NCBI RefSeq assembly: GCF_001194135.2
Contig: NC_068981.1
Coordinates: forward strand, 92,925,248-92,989,247
DNA: 64,000 nt
DNA from: Octopus bimaculoides
Taxonomy: Eukaryota
Direction of reading: 5' to 3'
The position numbers were made by a program, and so were the translations under genes. Below the pieces are notes generated by a model. It saw only the letters and a program-made list of their open reading frames with translations. It did not search any database and had not been told where the DNA came from. Shown here in pieces: positions 24,669 to 39,539 of the stretch (its first letter is position 1; every line of letters begins with the position of its first letter).

Positions 24669-27600
24669 GCACACACACACACGTCCATTTCATACACACG
24701 TTCATACATCTTTCACTTTCTCCTCTCTTTCACTTTAAAACAAAAGTAAATAAATGAAAACTATTTTACGGAAAATAACGAACAAAACTAGCTGATCCGG
24801 TTGACAGTTCTGATAGTGAAAGCGACGGTTCTAAGAGTCACAGAGAAAGATCACCCCAAGAGAATACCATTACAAATATTTTTTCGAGTGCATTCAACTT
24901 ATCTTAGCTCCAAAGATATGGATGCTATTTCTAGAACAGCCTGCTACCACGTTACAGCTATTTGCGATAAAGGACCCGAAATACCTGTTACGTGGTAGCG
25001 AAGCGTGCAAGAAATAGCTGCCAAATCTTACCCTTTCCGGGGAAAGGAGACGTGTACGCGTGATTTCGATGTCCATTCTTTGAAAACATGCTCAATAACT
25101 TGGATAAGAAAAACAATCCAACTGAATAAAACTCCGTTGCTGGTAAACTCAGACTTTCCAGTTGACCCAATGAGTCACGGGTAGTCAAGTTTAATTATAA
25201 AGATTTTGTGATAATATCACCTGACAGCAATGGCCAGCTAGTCATTCGCAATTTTGATAAATTATATCATTGTGTCAAATTTTACCTTTAAAGGTAATGG
25301 CTTAAGTTATAAAATCATGCACTAGTGTATTTATTCACTCTTTAGAGGTTCATAAAATTTCGAAAGATAAAATCTTATCGTTGTTGTTTTTGCCAACGTA
25401 CAACACCTACTTTACATGGCATGTGTTCATAACGCACGTGGTTCACCGGTGTGAGTGGACTTTGAGATGTCATAGCGTTTCGACTCTATTGTTTGTCTCC
25501 TTAGTCAAAACTCTCCATCGAGCCGATGCTCTTCTTTATAGAAATCATCAAGTAAATTATTTGTCGGTGCATGGTGTGGTTTTTGAAACTGATAAATCAT
25601 GTATCTTATGAACAACATTCGAATTTGATAGAACATATTAACGATGAACAGATCTGTTATTGTCTGGGTTATCACTGTTCTGCGTACACCCCATGAATTG
25701 ATATGCTCACACCATTGGTTGGTTTCGCATAAAGGCAGCGACATGAACTATATGTATATGATTTTACCTATATCCCCCTAATATTACATCAATCTTTGAG
25801 AATTGCCGAAATTCAACTTCACATATTTGCTAAAAATTCTTCCTGCCTTACTTGTACTTTATTTAATAATAGAACTCTGAAAACTATAGACTTCAGTGAC
25901 ACATTCGATTTTTTTTTAATCATAGACATAGGGTGGGAAGCGTATAAGAAATGCATTGCTTGATAGTCACTGGAGAGTTTGAATTTATTATTAAGAATCA
26001 ATATTACCTCTTACCACAATTTAGCGACTATTGCAAAGCTTTCTAACTCAACAGGAGAGACATGGTTCTACCATTGAATTTATGGGAAGATAATCAAATT
26101 GTCTGAATATCTTGATGATACATATGTGGCTCTTTTAAAGGTGAGTAATGAACTGGGATTTGGAACGGATAACAAAGTTTCTGTAGTTTTTATTCATTGT
26201 TTCAAGATATTAAGCTGCCCTAGTAAACATTAATATTATTAAACCTCAAACGCGGCTGCTGCAATTTCAGCAACGGCTGTTATTCATATTAAAATCGATA
26301 AATACGCATGTAATCCAACATAGCAATGAAGCATTTTAAGATTTCAGACCAGAACATCATAGTCAAATTTATTTTCTATAAGTTGCTGGCAGCATTTTAC
26401 GTTGTTTTAAATTTAAACGAGGAAATGACCAACTCAATTCAACCGCACTGGATTTACATCTATTAGAATTCAATGAGATCTCTAAGTCATGGGCACGATT
26501 GAATAAAGCATTTTCTTCCGTGGATCCTTTTATTTTCTCTGTATATCACCACGTGTTCAAAGGAATGTGTTATTCCTTTTAAATCATTACTTCTGTAAAC
26601 TATCTACTTAAATTCAATTTCACGTTTAAAACCACACGTCAACCACAAATTATGACAATTTATCATTCGCTCCAAAAGTTACAAATTACTGTTCCAAGGG
26701 AGCAAGGATACCTGATAACATGCCGAATGAAGATAAACAGCCCATAAATAACATTTGTTGACTACCATAATATTTGAGTTCTTTGGCAACTTTGTAGGAG
26801 TTATCAATCCTTCAGCAAGTAGTTTATGAATCCCAATAATTATAAATTTGTGCCATTTAAATGTTTGATTCTGTGTGGAGCAAGATGTGGATATTGTTCA
26901 GAAAAATTCCTACTGCGTCAGTTTAATTACTGATATTTAGAAGATTTTTGCTAAATATGCTAATTAGATCTCTTGTCATCAAATGCAATAGGGTAAATCA
27001 AGGTTGAAAATTCATGTTTCAATTCAATTTAAAGTTATTAAAAATGTGATAATGCGAAGATTCTCATGATGTAACGATTGTTGAATCATATAGCCTTGGG
27101 CTGCAAACACTTCAGATGCTAGTCAGGAATTCTTTACTTGAATGTTTAAAATTATTCTCCCACAAATTTGAAGCTGGTTTCTTTGTATAGTTTACTCCTT
27201 TTGCGATGGTTTATATTCTGATGTAAAACCAAACTCTCTAGCTATTTCACAATATCTTCACTAATCGTTGGACTGTGCCTATTTACATCACAGAAATACA
27301 TATTAAGTATTTGCTGGGATGATAAAACTGGTGCTTTTGATTTCGGCTTATCGTTGAAAATAACGAATCTTTTATCTAAAATAAAATACACAAGTAGAGA
27401 GTCTACAGTGACACAAGTGAAGTGACACCGCATTACTCTATATCTTTGCAATACATTAGCCATATGTCTTCCTACGCTTCCTTATGTTATTTAAGTTTTG
27501 CTGTACCAAGTTAGCTTGCTTGAGACACATAAACTGGCAGCACAATTCTCCTTTCCAGTAATGATTAGTCGTTGATGTTTCTGCTAAAGTTTCTAAAGTC

Positions 27601-30600
27601 TTTTGACAACTTTATATTTAGTCCTACTGGATGCCTCACTCACATAACCCTGCTTGTAAGCATTGCTTATAAATAGCATGGTATTTTCTGTAATCATGCG
27701 AAACAAATTTAAACCTGAATAGTAGTCCAGCACTAGCATTAGAATTTATATGTGTTTAAATGCATTAATAGTAAAGTCTTCCACGTAGAGTGCAGAAATA
27801 GCTTGGTGTGAAGTAACGGATTTTATTCTTCTTTTTTTTGAGAAATATAGAAAAATTACGCAAAATCATATTCAGTTGCAATTAAACCTTGGGAGAGGTT
27901 AAATATTTCCTTGAGAAAGTCATAGATAATACATTTTTCAGCAAATGATATAAGAAATTTACGTATTCCGATATATTTCTTCGTTAACAGACTAAGTCAT
28001 TTATAGATTGTTCAGCCTATTGTTTAGATTAATATTACATTACTGGTTTACTGAATATTGTGACTGTATATTATGATGCAGGGAAGTTTTAATGCAATAT
28101 TAGATAGAGCTCTTCACTATTAGGTAATATGATGTTCAGTTGCAATATCTCATATTTACCAGGAAATGCAAATATATTCATTTTATTCTTCTCGTCTAGT
28201 TTCACGAGCCTATTATATAATTTCAAAATGGATCATCATTTCACAATCTAGAGTTGTCATTTCATCTACATTTATAAGAAATGAGAGATGTTTGACAAAA
28301 GACAAGATATTTGACGACAGGCGAGATATTTGTCAAGAGGCAAGCTTTCATATGCATCGATATCTTGCAAAGCTACGTATAACTTCTCGGCATTCTGCTC
28401 ACATACATACACACACATACACACATACTTACCTTCGGCAATGCAGTACTAAGAAGTCCTACTTGCTTTAAAAAATACTATTACGTTGTAACAGATTATT
28501 TAATTTTAATCATCTTATTATACTGGGGAAAAGTTTATCTTTAATTCTCCAACATTATTACAATTTCTTCTTAATTGGGTTTCTTCTGAAATATCAATAT
28601 ACCTTCAGTATATATTCGGCCATCTAAAGATGATTCAGTTGAAAACTTGCAAATTTTTGAAGTACTTACTACCACGTCCCAATTCATTTAGCTAGTTAGA
28701 GGCATCATAGAATCTCAGCAACCGGTCTATTTTAAGCTCATGAATTAGAGAATCAATAAAACTTTGATTAAAACTGCAAATCTTTGTACGTGCCATCGTC
28801 CGACATAAACAACTACAATTTCTCTTGTAATAATAGTGATAACTTAATTTTGGAAACTGTACATGAGGATATGTCAAATCAAAAGTCGAATGCAAATACA
28901 TCAAATATTCTAACAGACTGATAAGAATAAGAAGAATGTCTGCCTATTTGAATGAGCAAGTTTTATCCAAATGAGAAGCAAGGACCATTTCTTTTGCTAA
29001 TTTTAGTAATGTGAATTTCAATTTTTTTCAATTCAAGGATCCCTTACATTTGACATCTTATAAACGATCATTTTTGTCAAGTGCAGTGAACATAGTATAT
29101 TTCTTTATAAGAATGCTGTGTTGAGATGTTCAGTATTAACATAACAACATAATATGTAATAATTAATTGCAAGTGCGTATGTGTGTTTGTTTGTGTTTAA
29201 GTTTTTGTGTGTGTGTGTGAGCGTCTGTGTATGTGTGTGCGTAAATGTGTGGGCGTGTGTGTGTGTATGTATGTGTGCGTGTGTGTGTGTACTGAACGGG
29301 CTACCACACATCAAGAGTCTACCAAATGTTACTTGACACATCACCCAAATTGGGACTATGATAGAAACCACTTGATTATAATGATGCGCTGTAGTTGCCA
29401 GATGCTTGGCACGAGATTGTACTTAAATTCATAGAGATGCTCGTAGTCTGATAGACTTCATTTATTCCTCAGTAAATAGGAATGGCAGGATTAGGCACTG
29501 TAACCTATTCTATATACATTTTCAGGCGTACATTTTGACTCCGATTCGTATGACGATAATCATTTCATTTGGTTCTGTTTAAAATGGATTTTAGTCTGAC
29601 CGTTTAGAATACATTTTATCATGTAAGAAGATACTATTTATCATTGAAGCCATGATGTGTTAATGTGTAATGTATAAGGGAACATTAGAAGAGATATTGG
29701 TCATAATACATAAGAAACTTGGAACAGGGAGAGCAAGCCATCTCAGATTCGTGAACTATTTTATTTTCCCACCTTACCTATTTTTGAAAGTCATGTGTAA
29801 ATTTAAGATTATCTATCTACAGCTCCGCATTTACATATAAATTAATAACTTCTATTTCCGTGTACATACATACTTGATATAAGTAAACTGTGTCATTTAC
29901 TACGCAGTTTTCCATGCACATCCATATTTATATCCGCATATATAAACACACGCGCACACAAACAAACAAATATAATTGTGTGTATCTGTATTTATATTAT
30001 ATTAGTTTTCTTTGAATACATATCGCCCTTGTATACAGATAATTCATGTTGAAGACATGCTAAGCAATATTTATTAATATAATCGTGGAAACACTGAAAA
30101 CCAAACGCCGTTGTAGGGCAATAATTATTTAAACGCAAAATTGAAAAATGTTAATGTCGCTAAAAGAATTACTAGAAAATACGTTAGTGTGACGTGACAT
30201 TCCCTCGCTTTTTATTTTATTTTGCTACTTCAGCTGCACATCAGTATTATTTCCACGTGTGCGGAACAGGAATATAGAAACGGTGAATGTAAAGAAAAGG
30301 ATATGGAGGAATAGTTTATACCTAGTTACAGAAAGGAAATAAAGGCGTTTATGATTTGAAATCTGAACAGTTAATTCCATACGAAGAGACGTATAGACGT
30401 TCTATTTCAATAATATACATCTGAACTACTCTCAGTAAGAGAGATAAACAACAAAACATGTATTATATGACAAATGGACCTCAATATTAAGAGAAGTTGA
30501 ATATCCGTTTCTTCGTGTCATTCAAGAATTCCATCTCATTGTTTTAGCTATCAACGCATGTTAATGATTGCATCTCAATTAAAACTATTTGCTGTTGTAC

Positions 30601-32557
30601 ATGTCTTTCATCAAAATATATTGTTCAGGTGTCCCATCTCCAATCACTCTTGAAAGTGTCAAATTGCTGTAGTTTTAATTCTTTAAGTAGCTTATTTAAA
30701 AGATATCTGTGGCATTTTTCCGAGAATAATTAATCATATTATCGATGACACCAGAACTTCAAAAGATGGTATAAACACGCATCGCTCTGAATTTTCTGAC
30801 TTTTTTGTCATTATTTTAGTACAACTGAAATATTTGAATTAGTCTTCAAAGGAAAGAAACATATTATATATTGAAGTAATGCTAAACTATAATGCGAAAT
30901 AGCTATAGATATTTGGATGTGCATCTCATTTGTTATATATAAATATCTCTCTCTAAATATTTTGTTGAATGAGACTCATTGCAATTATTATTTCTCAGCC
31001 TCCGGCGACATTTTAATGATGGAGAGCAATATGTTTATAACGGTATTCAGGTTAAATTTTATAAACTTATACAGCATTAAGAAAACGGTAGCAACCTTTA
31101 TAAAGATATACACTAAACTAAATAAAATATCTCATAGACCGTCAAAGAGCATTTCATGGGATGCGCACTTTAACTGAAATGACAGCATGATGGACAAGCA
31201 TGGACACTCTATATTCTATGTTCAAACCCCAAAGATTTTGGCGTCGGAATTCTTTTTCTTATCGATACCCTAATATGTAATATTAAAATAACAAACTTCA
31301 GTTATTTCGGATATTTTCACCTGCAAAATATAGAATATAGTCTATGTACTTATCCAATATTCTTATGTATTATCTTTTCTTAATGCACTTCATTTTCAGA
31401 AAATTCAATAATCATTGAATTAGTTCTGAACGATGTTCGGAAACAAACTTGTTAGAAACTGATTCTAAACTTTCGATCAAAAGATAAAAGAATATTAATT
31501 GAGTTATAAACATTAAATTGATAACCATAAACATTTTATTACTCGAATTCATAGAACAATTAATGTGAGAGTAAATTTCAAAGTATTTATTTTAATATAT
31601 TGTAAATTATTTGATAGATTACTGTATACTTTATATAGCCTGTGCAATTCAGTGAAACTTTATAATTATCATATATTCGTATACATATATCATCCGTAAA
31701 ATCATTTTCATCAGAAAACAAATTAGACAAATAGGAAACCTTTCCAACTTTTCTCCCTTTTCAGCAAAAGAACTTTCTAAATTTCGATATTAAATAGATA
31801 AACTGAGTAGATATTGATGTACGACTCTGAAAAGCTTCTTGATCTAATGTGATATAATAATGAATTAAACATTACATTACTTTAGTAACATTTTCAAATT
31901 AATTAAGGAGGTGTACTTGCATAACAAATTGTGCAGCACGTATTTTTTTAATCAGTGAAGAGGTCACAGTTTCGAGCGAAGAAAATTTTGACACCTTATA
32001 ATGAATAAATATTTGCTTCAAGTTTTTTCTGCGTCTATGAATGACTAACCATTGTCTTCCACTCAGCAATCGCTTAAAACTTAATTCTTCAAAGAATACC
32101 TTTTCTATCCTATTTTTGTAATATATGTTACTTGTCTTCGGATCATTAATTCTCCTTTTCACTATCATTGTCGTGGCTCACTGTTGAGTAACGCGTCGTT
32201 AAACATTTTGAATTTCTGATTTTTTTTTTTTCATTTCTAGGTCTGTTAGTATGAGATATGACATTACAACATTAGAATAGCCGTGTATGGTTTCATTAAG
32301 ATTAGGCTGAAATTTCTTGTGGGTTTCGTGATAGGGTAGAGGTTCCCTGCTATGACTCGTCAAATCATTTGTTGCTGTTGTTGTTGTTGTACAGCTACAG
32401 GTCAGCCATCTCCGGAATGACATAATAAGTTGCATCCCGGCACCGACTATTATATCCTTTTATTTAGAATTAATTTCATTGATATATATATATACACATA
32501 TACATATATATACATACATATATGCACTCACACACAGACACACACACATACACACAG

Positions 32558-32604
<47 letters not shown>

Positions 32605-32689
32605 GACACATGCATATGTAACCATACGCACATATTTATGTATGCATATCTGTATACATATACGTAAAGATATATACATATACATATTG

Positions 32690-33170
32690 CCGTTATGAGA
32701 GGTAATGGTGTCAGGAAGACCCAAAGTGCCAGGTAATGCTGACTGAGTGGTATGGACAGAATATTGTTAAACTCCAGGGTCAGTGATTATGCATATGAGG
32801 AGTCCAACCCAGGTCATATAGTAGCATGCGTATATAATAAAAATTAACAGAAAAAGCCCAAAGCTGTGAAAGATTTCAGAACATTTATAAAGAGGTCTTA
32901 CAGCTGTTTCCAGGATATTTAATATATCCCTATATCACACACAAGGTTAGGAAACATATATATATAGAGAGATTTCTGCTTAAATAATGGAGCTGCAGAT
33001 ACATTATCCTTACGTGACTCCCCCCTGCTTTCATTCGTCCACTTCACTCTGTATTTCGTATCTTCTCAATGATAACTATTCCTTAACCATTTTCTCGCAC
33101 CGTCTCTGATCTAGGGATATATAAAATACGCCGGAAACAGCTATAAGACCTTCTCTATATAAATGTTCTT
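32690..33170. mobile_element. Second HHR-like repeat family as an inverted pair (32878-32936 -, 33102-33169 +)
   Basis: GGGATAT..ATATCC helix II, GAAA-C-AGCT-G-TA and helix I GTCT/AGAC. The first core box is degenerate (CTGATCTA / GTGATATA). Confidence 0.55.
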
Positions 33171-33190
33171 GTTTTTTTTACCTCACTCTG

Positions 33191-33257
<67 letters not shown>

Positions 33258-33643
33258 NNNNNNNNNNNNNNNNNNNNNNNNNNNNNNNNNNNNNNNNNNN
33301 NNNNNNNNNNNNNNATATATGTGTGTATATATATATGTGTGTGTGTGTGTGCGTATGTATGTATATGTGTGTATATTTGTGTATATATATGTATGTATAT
33401 GTATGTATATATATACGTGTGCATATATGTGTGTGTGTGTGTTTTCTCCCCTTCTTATATTAATGCATTGTCCTTCTACTAGCATGTGTGCAGCTGTTAA
33501 CCATCTCCACGTTTGTGAACTCTGATATAAATTTAATCCAATAATGTTACGTATAAAATTTACACAATCTAACTAATAATCAGTTTATGTTTTTGAAACG
33601 TACGTAATACTGTTACTAAACATGTAAGCAATATACACCTTCA

Positions 33644-33714
<71 letters not shown>

Positions 33715-34299
33715 ACGTGTGTGTATGTGTCTGTGTGCGTGTGTGTAATGTTTCTAATGCAAGTTGTTCTGTGAGTAAACGCGAAACCTGAGGCATAATG
33801 TTCAATACAAACAATGAATTTTGTGGTGTTTTGAACACTTGTATAATTAGTCTCGTTTCTTTCATCACAAAATTTGTCAGCTATTAGGGTAATTTTATAG
33901 ATAAATTGCAAACAATATGAGTTGGGAATTAAAATGTTATCGTTACTTATAAATGTGGTCCGAAAGTTGGGTGTTTCTTGGCTATTGTAAATGAAAGGGA
34001 ACAAATAGCATGAAGAGCAAGTTAAACAACATATAGAGTGATGATAGAAACAAAAGAATTTGTTGTTTAGTTTTTGTTGAATGAACCAGGACTAAAGTGA
34101 CTGAGACAAGGTAGACAGATTAATCTGAAAAAGTAAGGCAATGTAAAATACTAAGTAAGACGGGAGAATTCCATTGAATGAAGTATATGCTTCTAGATAA
34201 TGTGAATTTAAAGTTGATCCGTAATTAAATAAATATATATATAAGTACATTGGATTTTAATATTTGCTGCAAATTTTATCACAAGGCTAGTAATTTCGG

Positions 34300-34458
34300 G
34301 AGAAAGTGTAAGTCGATTCCTTCGACTCCTGTGTTCATCTGGTAATTATTTTGTCGACCACGGAGGATGAAAAGAGAGTCGTCCTCGGCGGAATTTGAAC
34401 GTAAAGACGGACGAAATACAGGTCAGCATTTTTCCCGGCGTGCTATCGCTGCTGCCAT
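34300..34458 (-). mobile_element. SINE family B copy
   Basis: The reverse complement has TTCGTCCGTCTTTACG, TTCAAATTCCGCCGAGG and TTTCATCC..GGTCGAC.AAATAA.TACCAG. Confidence 0.75.
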
Positions 34459-34679
34459 CTTGCCACCTTAATTAGTGCTGATATTTAGTAATATTGGTTT
34501 CAAGTGCTGGCCTCATGCCAAAATTTAAATTCAGTATTGATTTCCAATTTTGGCACAATACCAGCAAGTTTGGGAAGATATTAAGTCGATTACATCGACC
34601 CCAGTGTTTAACTGAACTTTCTAGCTTTGTGCCAAAATTTGAAACCAATATTACAGCATAAATACATAGGCGGCGAACT

Positions 34680-34752
34680 GGCAGAAGCCGTTGCAGGCTG
34701 AGAAAAAACACTTTACCTTTCATCATTTCGGGGTCGATAAAATAAGTACCAG
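34680..34752 (+). mobile_element. Internally deleted SINE family B copy
   Basis: CTGGCAGAAGCCGTT...CTTTACCTTTCATCATTTCGGGGTCGATAAAATAAGTACCAGT. Confidence 0.6.
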
Positions 34753-37510
34753 TCTCTGCCTTTCCCGTTTCTGTTGCTGTGGGGAACCTAACCACTCCGA
34801 AATGAATGCATCCAGCAGTTTGGGTTTTGAGCGCTCCTAACTGACTGACGTGCTTACACTTATCTCTCCACATCGAGAACTTATCTCCATGACAAAATAC
34901 AGGGAATTACTTTCTTACGCTTCGAATATGCTTGAATGAAGTTTGAACCGGTAACGTGTTTTTATTCCTACACACCACTGCTTAGCGCTCTCACCCCGTA
35001 TTTCATTTACGGCAACGCTAATCATAGTACGATGGCAGGAATATACTAAGAGGGACCTGTCCCTCGAGTCAGTTTGCAGTCTCTGCTTATCCGGTTTCTG
35101 TTGTTGAAGAGGACATAAACACTTTTAAATGCATTCATCTAACAGTTTGGCTTACGTGGGCTGTGAACTGATTCAATGTGTTTACAACCATCTGTCTCCA
35201 GCGAAAAGTTTTCTCCATAACAAAATACAGTGAATTTGTATTAATACGTATTACTGCTGAACGGTCTTTTCCCTTAATTATATATAAAAAAAAAATAGGG
35301 AAACATAATCAAAGTTCTTCTAAAGAGTTAAGAATAACGGTTACTATTGTTTTTTTTCTAAATAACGAGGGCAATAGGTCATCAGAATCATTAGAACAAC
35401 GTTCAAATACTTTGTGAATTTCTTCCGGTTCTACTTTGCATATTTGACCAAGGGTAAGGTCAAATTTGTTTTACTTTACTAATGGATTCCGTAAAGCAAA
35501 GAAGCGTATAAGTATACGGAATGATGTAACCGACTAACCTCACCACTACCCTCAAATTTTCTATTCTTGTGCTTAAAATAGAATGGTTTCATAAATATTT
35601 CTAAGCTGCATTGTTGAGAACAGATTTCAAATATAATGTTAGAATGTATTCATCACAAGTGTAAATATAATTTAAGTTCAACAAGTGCACTTGTTTTATT
35701 AAGAGGCTTTCTCACGCCGCTTTTTTTTTTCCATGCTACGCATCATAAATACACAACCGTATTTCACTACATTTTTTTAAAATCCTGTTTGAAATGCTTA
35801 AATTCGTATAGAAGTAATGTAAATGATGGCCGATGGAATGCAGCTTAAAACCCATATTACATTCTACGATTTGGAATGAATCAAGTAACAGGTTTCATGA
35901 TTTTGTGATATGCTGTTGACCAAAAAGCATTTTACCCAGCTTCTGTAAACGTTATGCATGCAACTTTCTCAAAAGTTTTAAGTGAACTTATAAGTGGTTA
36001 ATGTTTTGTCAATCTTCTTTTTATATGCGCACTAAAGTTACTTCCTTTCAATTTCTCTTCACTTAGAGCATAAAGTTTCTCCAGAAATAAGAAAAATACA
36101 CATACTCTATTTCAATTTCTAACAAATTCTTTCACCAACTTAAGTTTTATGGATAGCGACGAGAGTAAAATATTTTCTGATTTTACGAGGTAGGAATTTC
36201 ATGCTGTTCTGCTTAGCAATATAGAAATATTTTCTTTATGAACGTTCCTTTCAAACCCCACTATATCGTTTCGCCCAACGGGTCTATAAACACAAATACA
36301 CACACAAAATACACATTTAAACACACATAGACATAACACACAAAGATAAAAGCTTAGCCTATCCACTTTTTGGCCAAATATCCTGGAAATCGCTCTCAAT
36401 TCTTCACATATTTTCATGTTCGTATTATTTGGAGCATTTCATGTTATCGTCTTACAGCCATGTCTCCCTTCCGTCTCTTCATTTCACTTTACGTGTTCTT
36501 GTACTACTCTAAATCTATCTCATTACTCTTAGTGCTGATATTGTTCTGCTACTGCCATTAACATTTAATATTAGTGCAAGTCTTTGAGATGGTGGAAGCG
36601 TTTGAGCGTCGATCTAAATGCTAGGCGGAATTTCTTCCGGTTCTTCATGGTCTTAGTTGAAATATCGCCACGTTCAACTTGGACTTTCGTCATTTCGAGG
36701 TCAATGAAGTAACAGCAGTGCACGGGGCTACTAGGCAATCAACTAACCCCTCCTCTTAATCTTACTGTCGCTGTACTCTAAATTTGTTTCAATGATCTGT
36801 TTACATATTCAGCACAGTTTGCTTTATCAAAATCCTATACATAAGCGCTAAAAAGCGTAAACTGTTCATTTATCAATCAAACTCCGATTATCCATTATCA
36901 CTTCTCTTAAACGTTAACCCTAGTTATCAGCGACGAGTATATCACACCTACGACAGTCAACTTTCTCCCTTATAAAACTGTCCCCGTTTGTTACAGTCCT
37001 TCACAAGTTTTGTACGGAAGAAAAAGAGACAGGACATTTAAATTATTCTAGTACAGAGAGATGTGACAGGGTGAGGCTGTAGTAGGATGGTGTGAATGTG
37101 GTGATATGCTGAGAGAAGTAAACTTGAGCTAGGCGGAAGGAATAAACAGGTAGAAAGAGTTGATACTTGTGGGGAAGGGTGTAACTGTTTATCGTTGAGG
37201 AAACCAAGGGCTAAGGGTGAGAGATGGTAGAGTAGAGTAGAGTAACGAAGAGAAAACCGTGGAGATCAGACAAAATAGAAAAAGTATTAAAAAGTGTTGA
37301 AAACTACATTTAAAAAAAAAATTATCCAAATAGTGAACAGTGAGGAGGTCTTTGGAAATCTTCGTTTGAGAAAATCCAAAACATTTTCGAAGTTCAAAGG
37401 TTTGTAAGTTTCAAACGTTTACAAAGTTTAAAGCTTTAAAACGTCTAGCGGTAGACAGACAGACAGACAGACGGACGGACGGACGGACGGATAGATGACT
37501 AGCTGGATGG

Positions 37511-37554
<44 letters not shown>

Positions 37555-37834
37555 GTCTTGTGCTATGAAAACACATGAGAATGGTGGTTCCTTACTTTTT
37601 CAAATATACCCAAATTTAAAATTATCTAATATAACGATTTCATTCATGTGGCATGTGTTGAAATATGCCAAAACAATTTAATTCCTCACAAATATATGTT
37701 ACTTTACATATAATTAATGTGTTAATTCTATTTACTGAAACTTGCTAAAAAGCATATTTTGCTTCAAAGTAGTATCTCTTTGTAGACACAATTGTCAGTA
37801 ATCATACTGTTTTCATTTCTATCAGCCAATATTT

Positions 37835-38768
37835 TTACAATAGCCTTCTTAGGAACGCTAGATAACGCAACATACCATGTAAGAAGAATTGTGTCGGAAG
37901 ATATATTCCAATTTGTTCAAATGTCTGTCCCTGACAGGAATTTTTTCGTGTAAATGTGAATAGAAATTCCTTTTCTTGAGATAAATGTAGCATTCTTGGG
38001 ATTAGCAGAGTTGATACTGCATAAGGACTAGAAGCAACTTCAGTCTCAATAACATCATCATGTAAACTAACAATGATGTAGAGTGTGTCATTGCGATGTC
38101 CAATAGTAGCATCTAATTTTTTCAGAAGCATTATGTAGCATTTTTTCTTCAGTTTCAGAACGTGTAAGTTTGTTGCTGAACTCGATTGGGTACAGAATTT
38201 CATTATCAACTGTATCTGAGATTCTGTATAGTTTTAGCTCACCAGGGATCCTGGTCAAGAGAAAATCATTCACAAATTATGCGGCTTCATTTGTTGGAGT
38301 AACGATGGTTCTATTTGCAAGCCACACAGGGTTTGTGGAGTTATCTTTGAGGTCAGCATATACAAAATCACATAGATCTGAAAGAGCGCCACTTTCAAGG
38401 CAAAGATCATTGAGTACTTTGAATTCGACTAGGCTTTGTTCAACAGAAATGTTACCATTTCCTACTTTACAAAACACTCTTTCATCAGAATGACCTTCTG
38501 TACGAAGTCTTAGATTGGTTGTCAACTTCACTAATTCTACATGATCGTAAAGAAAAGATCTCTTTAGTGTTGCATCAAGAATTTGTGATCTGACACCATT
38601 ACGTTAAAGTAGAATATTCTCATTATTTACATTATTTACATTTGACAGATATTTGTCCTTATCTTGTTTGTTGTTAACACAAAGTTTCGGCTGATATACC
38701 CTCCAGCCTTCATCAAGTGCCTGGAGGAAATTTCGAAGCTGGGTTCTCATTCTTAAAGTATTTTTCGA

Positions 38769-38830
<62 letters not shown>

Positions 38831-39200
38831 CAAGCAGTGACCTGAACAAAAACAACAACAACAACAACAACAACAATAATAATAATAATAATAATAACAA
38901 CAACAACAACGAAAAATACCTTAGGAATGAGAACCCAGGCTGGAAATTTCCCCAAGACACCTAATGAAATCTGGAGGGCATATCAGCCGAAACGTTGTGT
39001 TAACAAGAAACAAGATGAGGACAAGTATCCGTCAAATGTAAATAATGTAAATAATGTAAATAATTCCTCATCTCTTAAATATAGAAGTAGAATATTCTCC
39101 CCTCGAGATACCCTAACCAGTCGGTCATGTGTAGCGAAAACAGAATCATGTCTACATCTCCATGCATATTCAGATAACTGTTTCATCTGATTCAGTTGCC
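37835..39200 (-). pseudogene. Helitron RepHel PIF1-like helicase remnant, interrupted by the palindromic element
   Basis: The - strand reads RNGVRSQILDATLKRSFLYDHVELVKLTTNLRL, WLANRTIVTPTNEAA, EILYPIEF and QGQTFEQIGIYLPTQFFLHG. Confidence 0.8.
38622..39084. mobile_element. Palindromic hammerhead element (copy 2), central tRNA heads deleted, perfect 15-bp TSD
   Basis: Arms match copy 1. Only TTCCAAGCAGTGACCTG of the tRNA head remains. AAGTAGAATATTCTC lies at 38607-38621 and 39085-39099. Confidence 0.85.
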
Positions 39201-39539
39201 CGTCTTTCTACTGTTGTGCCTTTACTGCTAAATTTTCTTTTTCAGTCGCATATGTTTTTGGACGCTCCATGTTGAACGGCAAAATTCAAATGTGATATTT
39301 GTGTAATAGCGAAATCAAACTTGGAGTGTGTATGTTTATATTAGAGAGACTATGCGAGTGTATTTGTATGAGAGAGAGGTGGGGGACGGATCATTGCAAA
39401 TATTGAATGAAAATAAACATGAAATGAAAAAGTTGTATAAGTGAAAGCTCGTTAAAAACTATCTTGTTTAGCGTGCTAGAAATAGCAGCGATCACATAGT
39501 TATTATTGTAAGGCTTATAGCGTTCCAAGCAGCAATACC

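Noticed and set aside
26055-26140. + strand exon ending AAG|GTGAGT
   Set aside because: All three frames from the nearest acceptor contain a stop. It could only be non-coding.
25800-28900. Long microsatellite-free stretch as a hidden gene or large transposon
   Set aside because: Only short ORFs without recognisable motifs; I could not support any call by eye.
36715-36735. Helitron 3' terminus (GCACGGGGCTACTAG)
   Set aside because: The hairpin is incomplete and it is on the opposite strand to the nearby helicase remnant.
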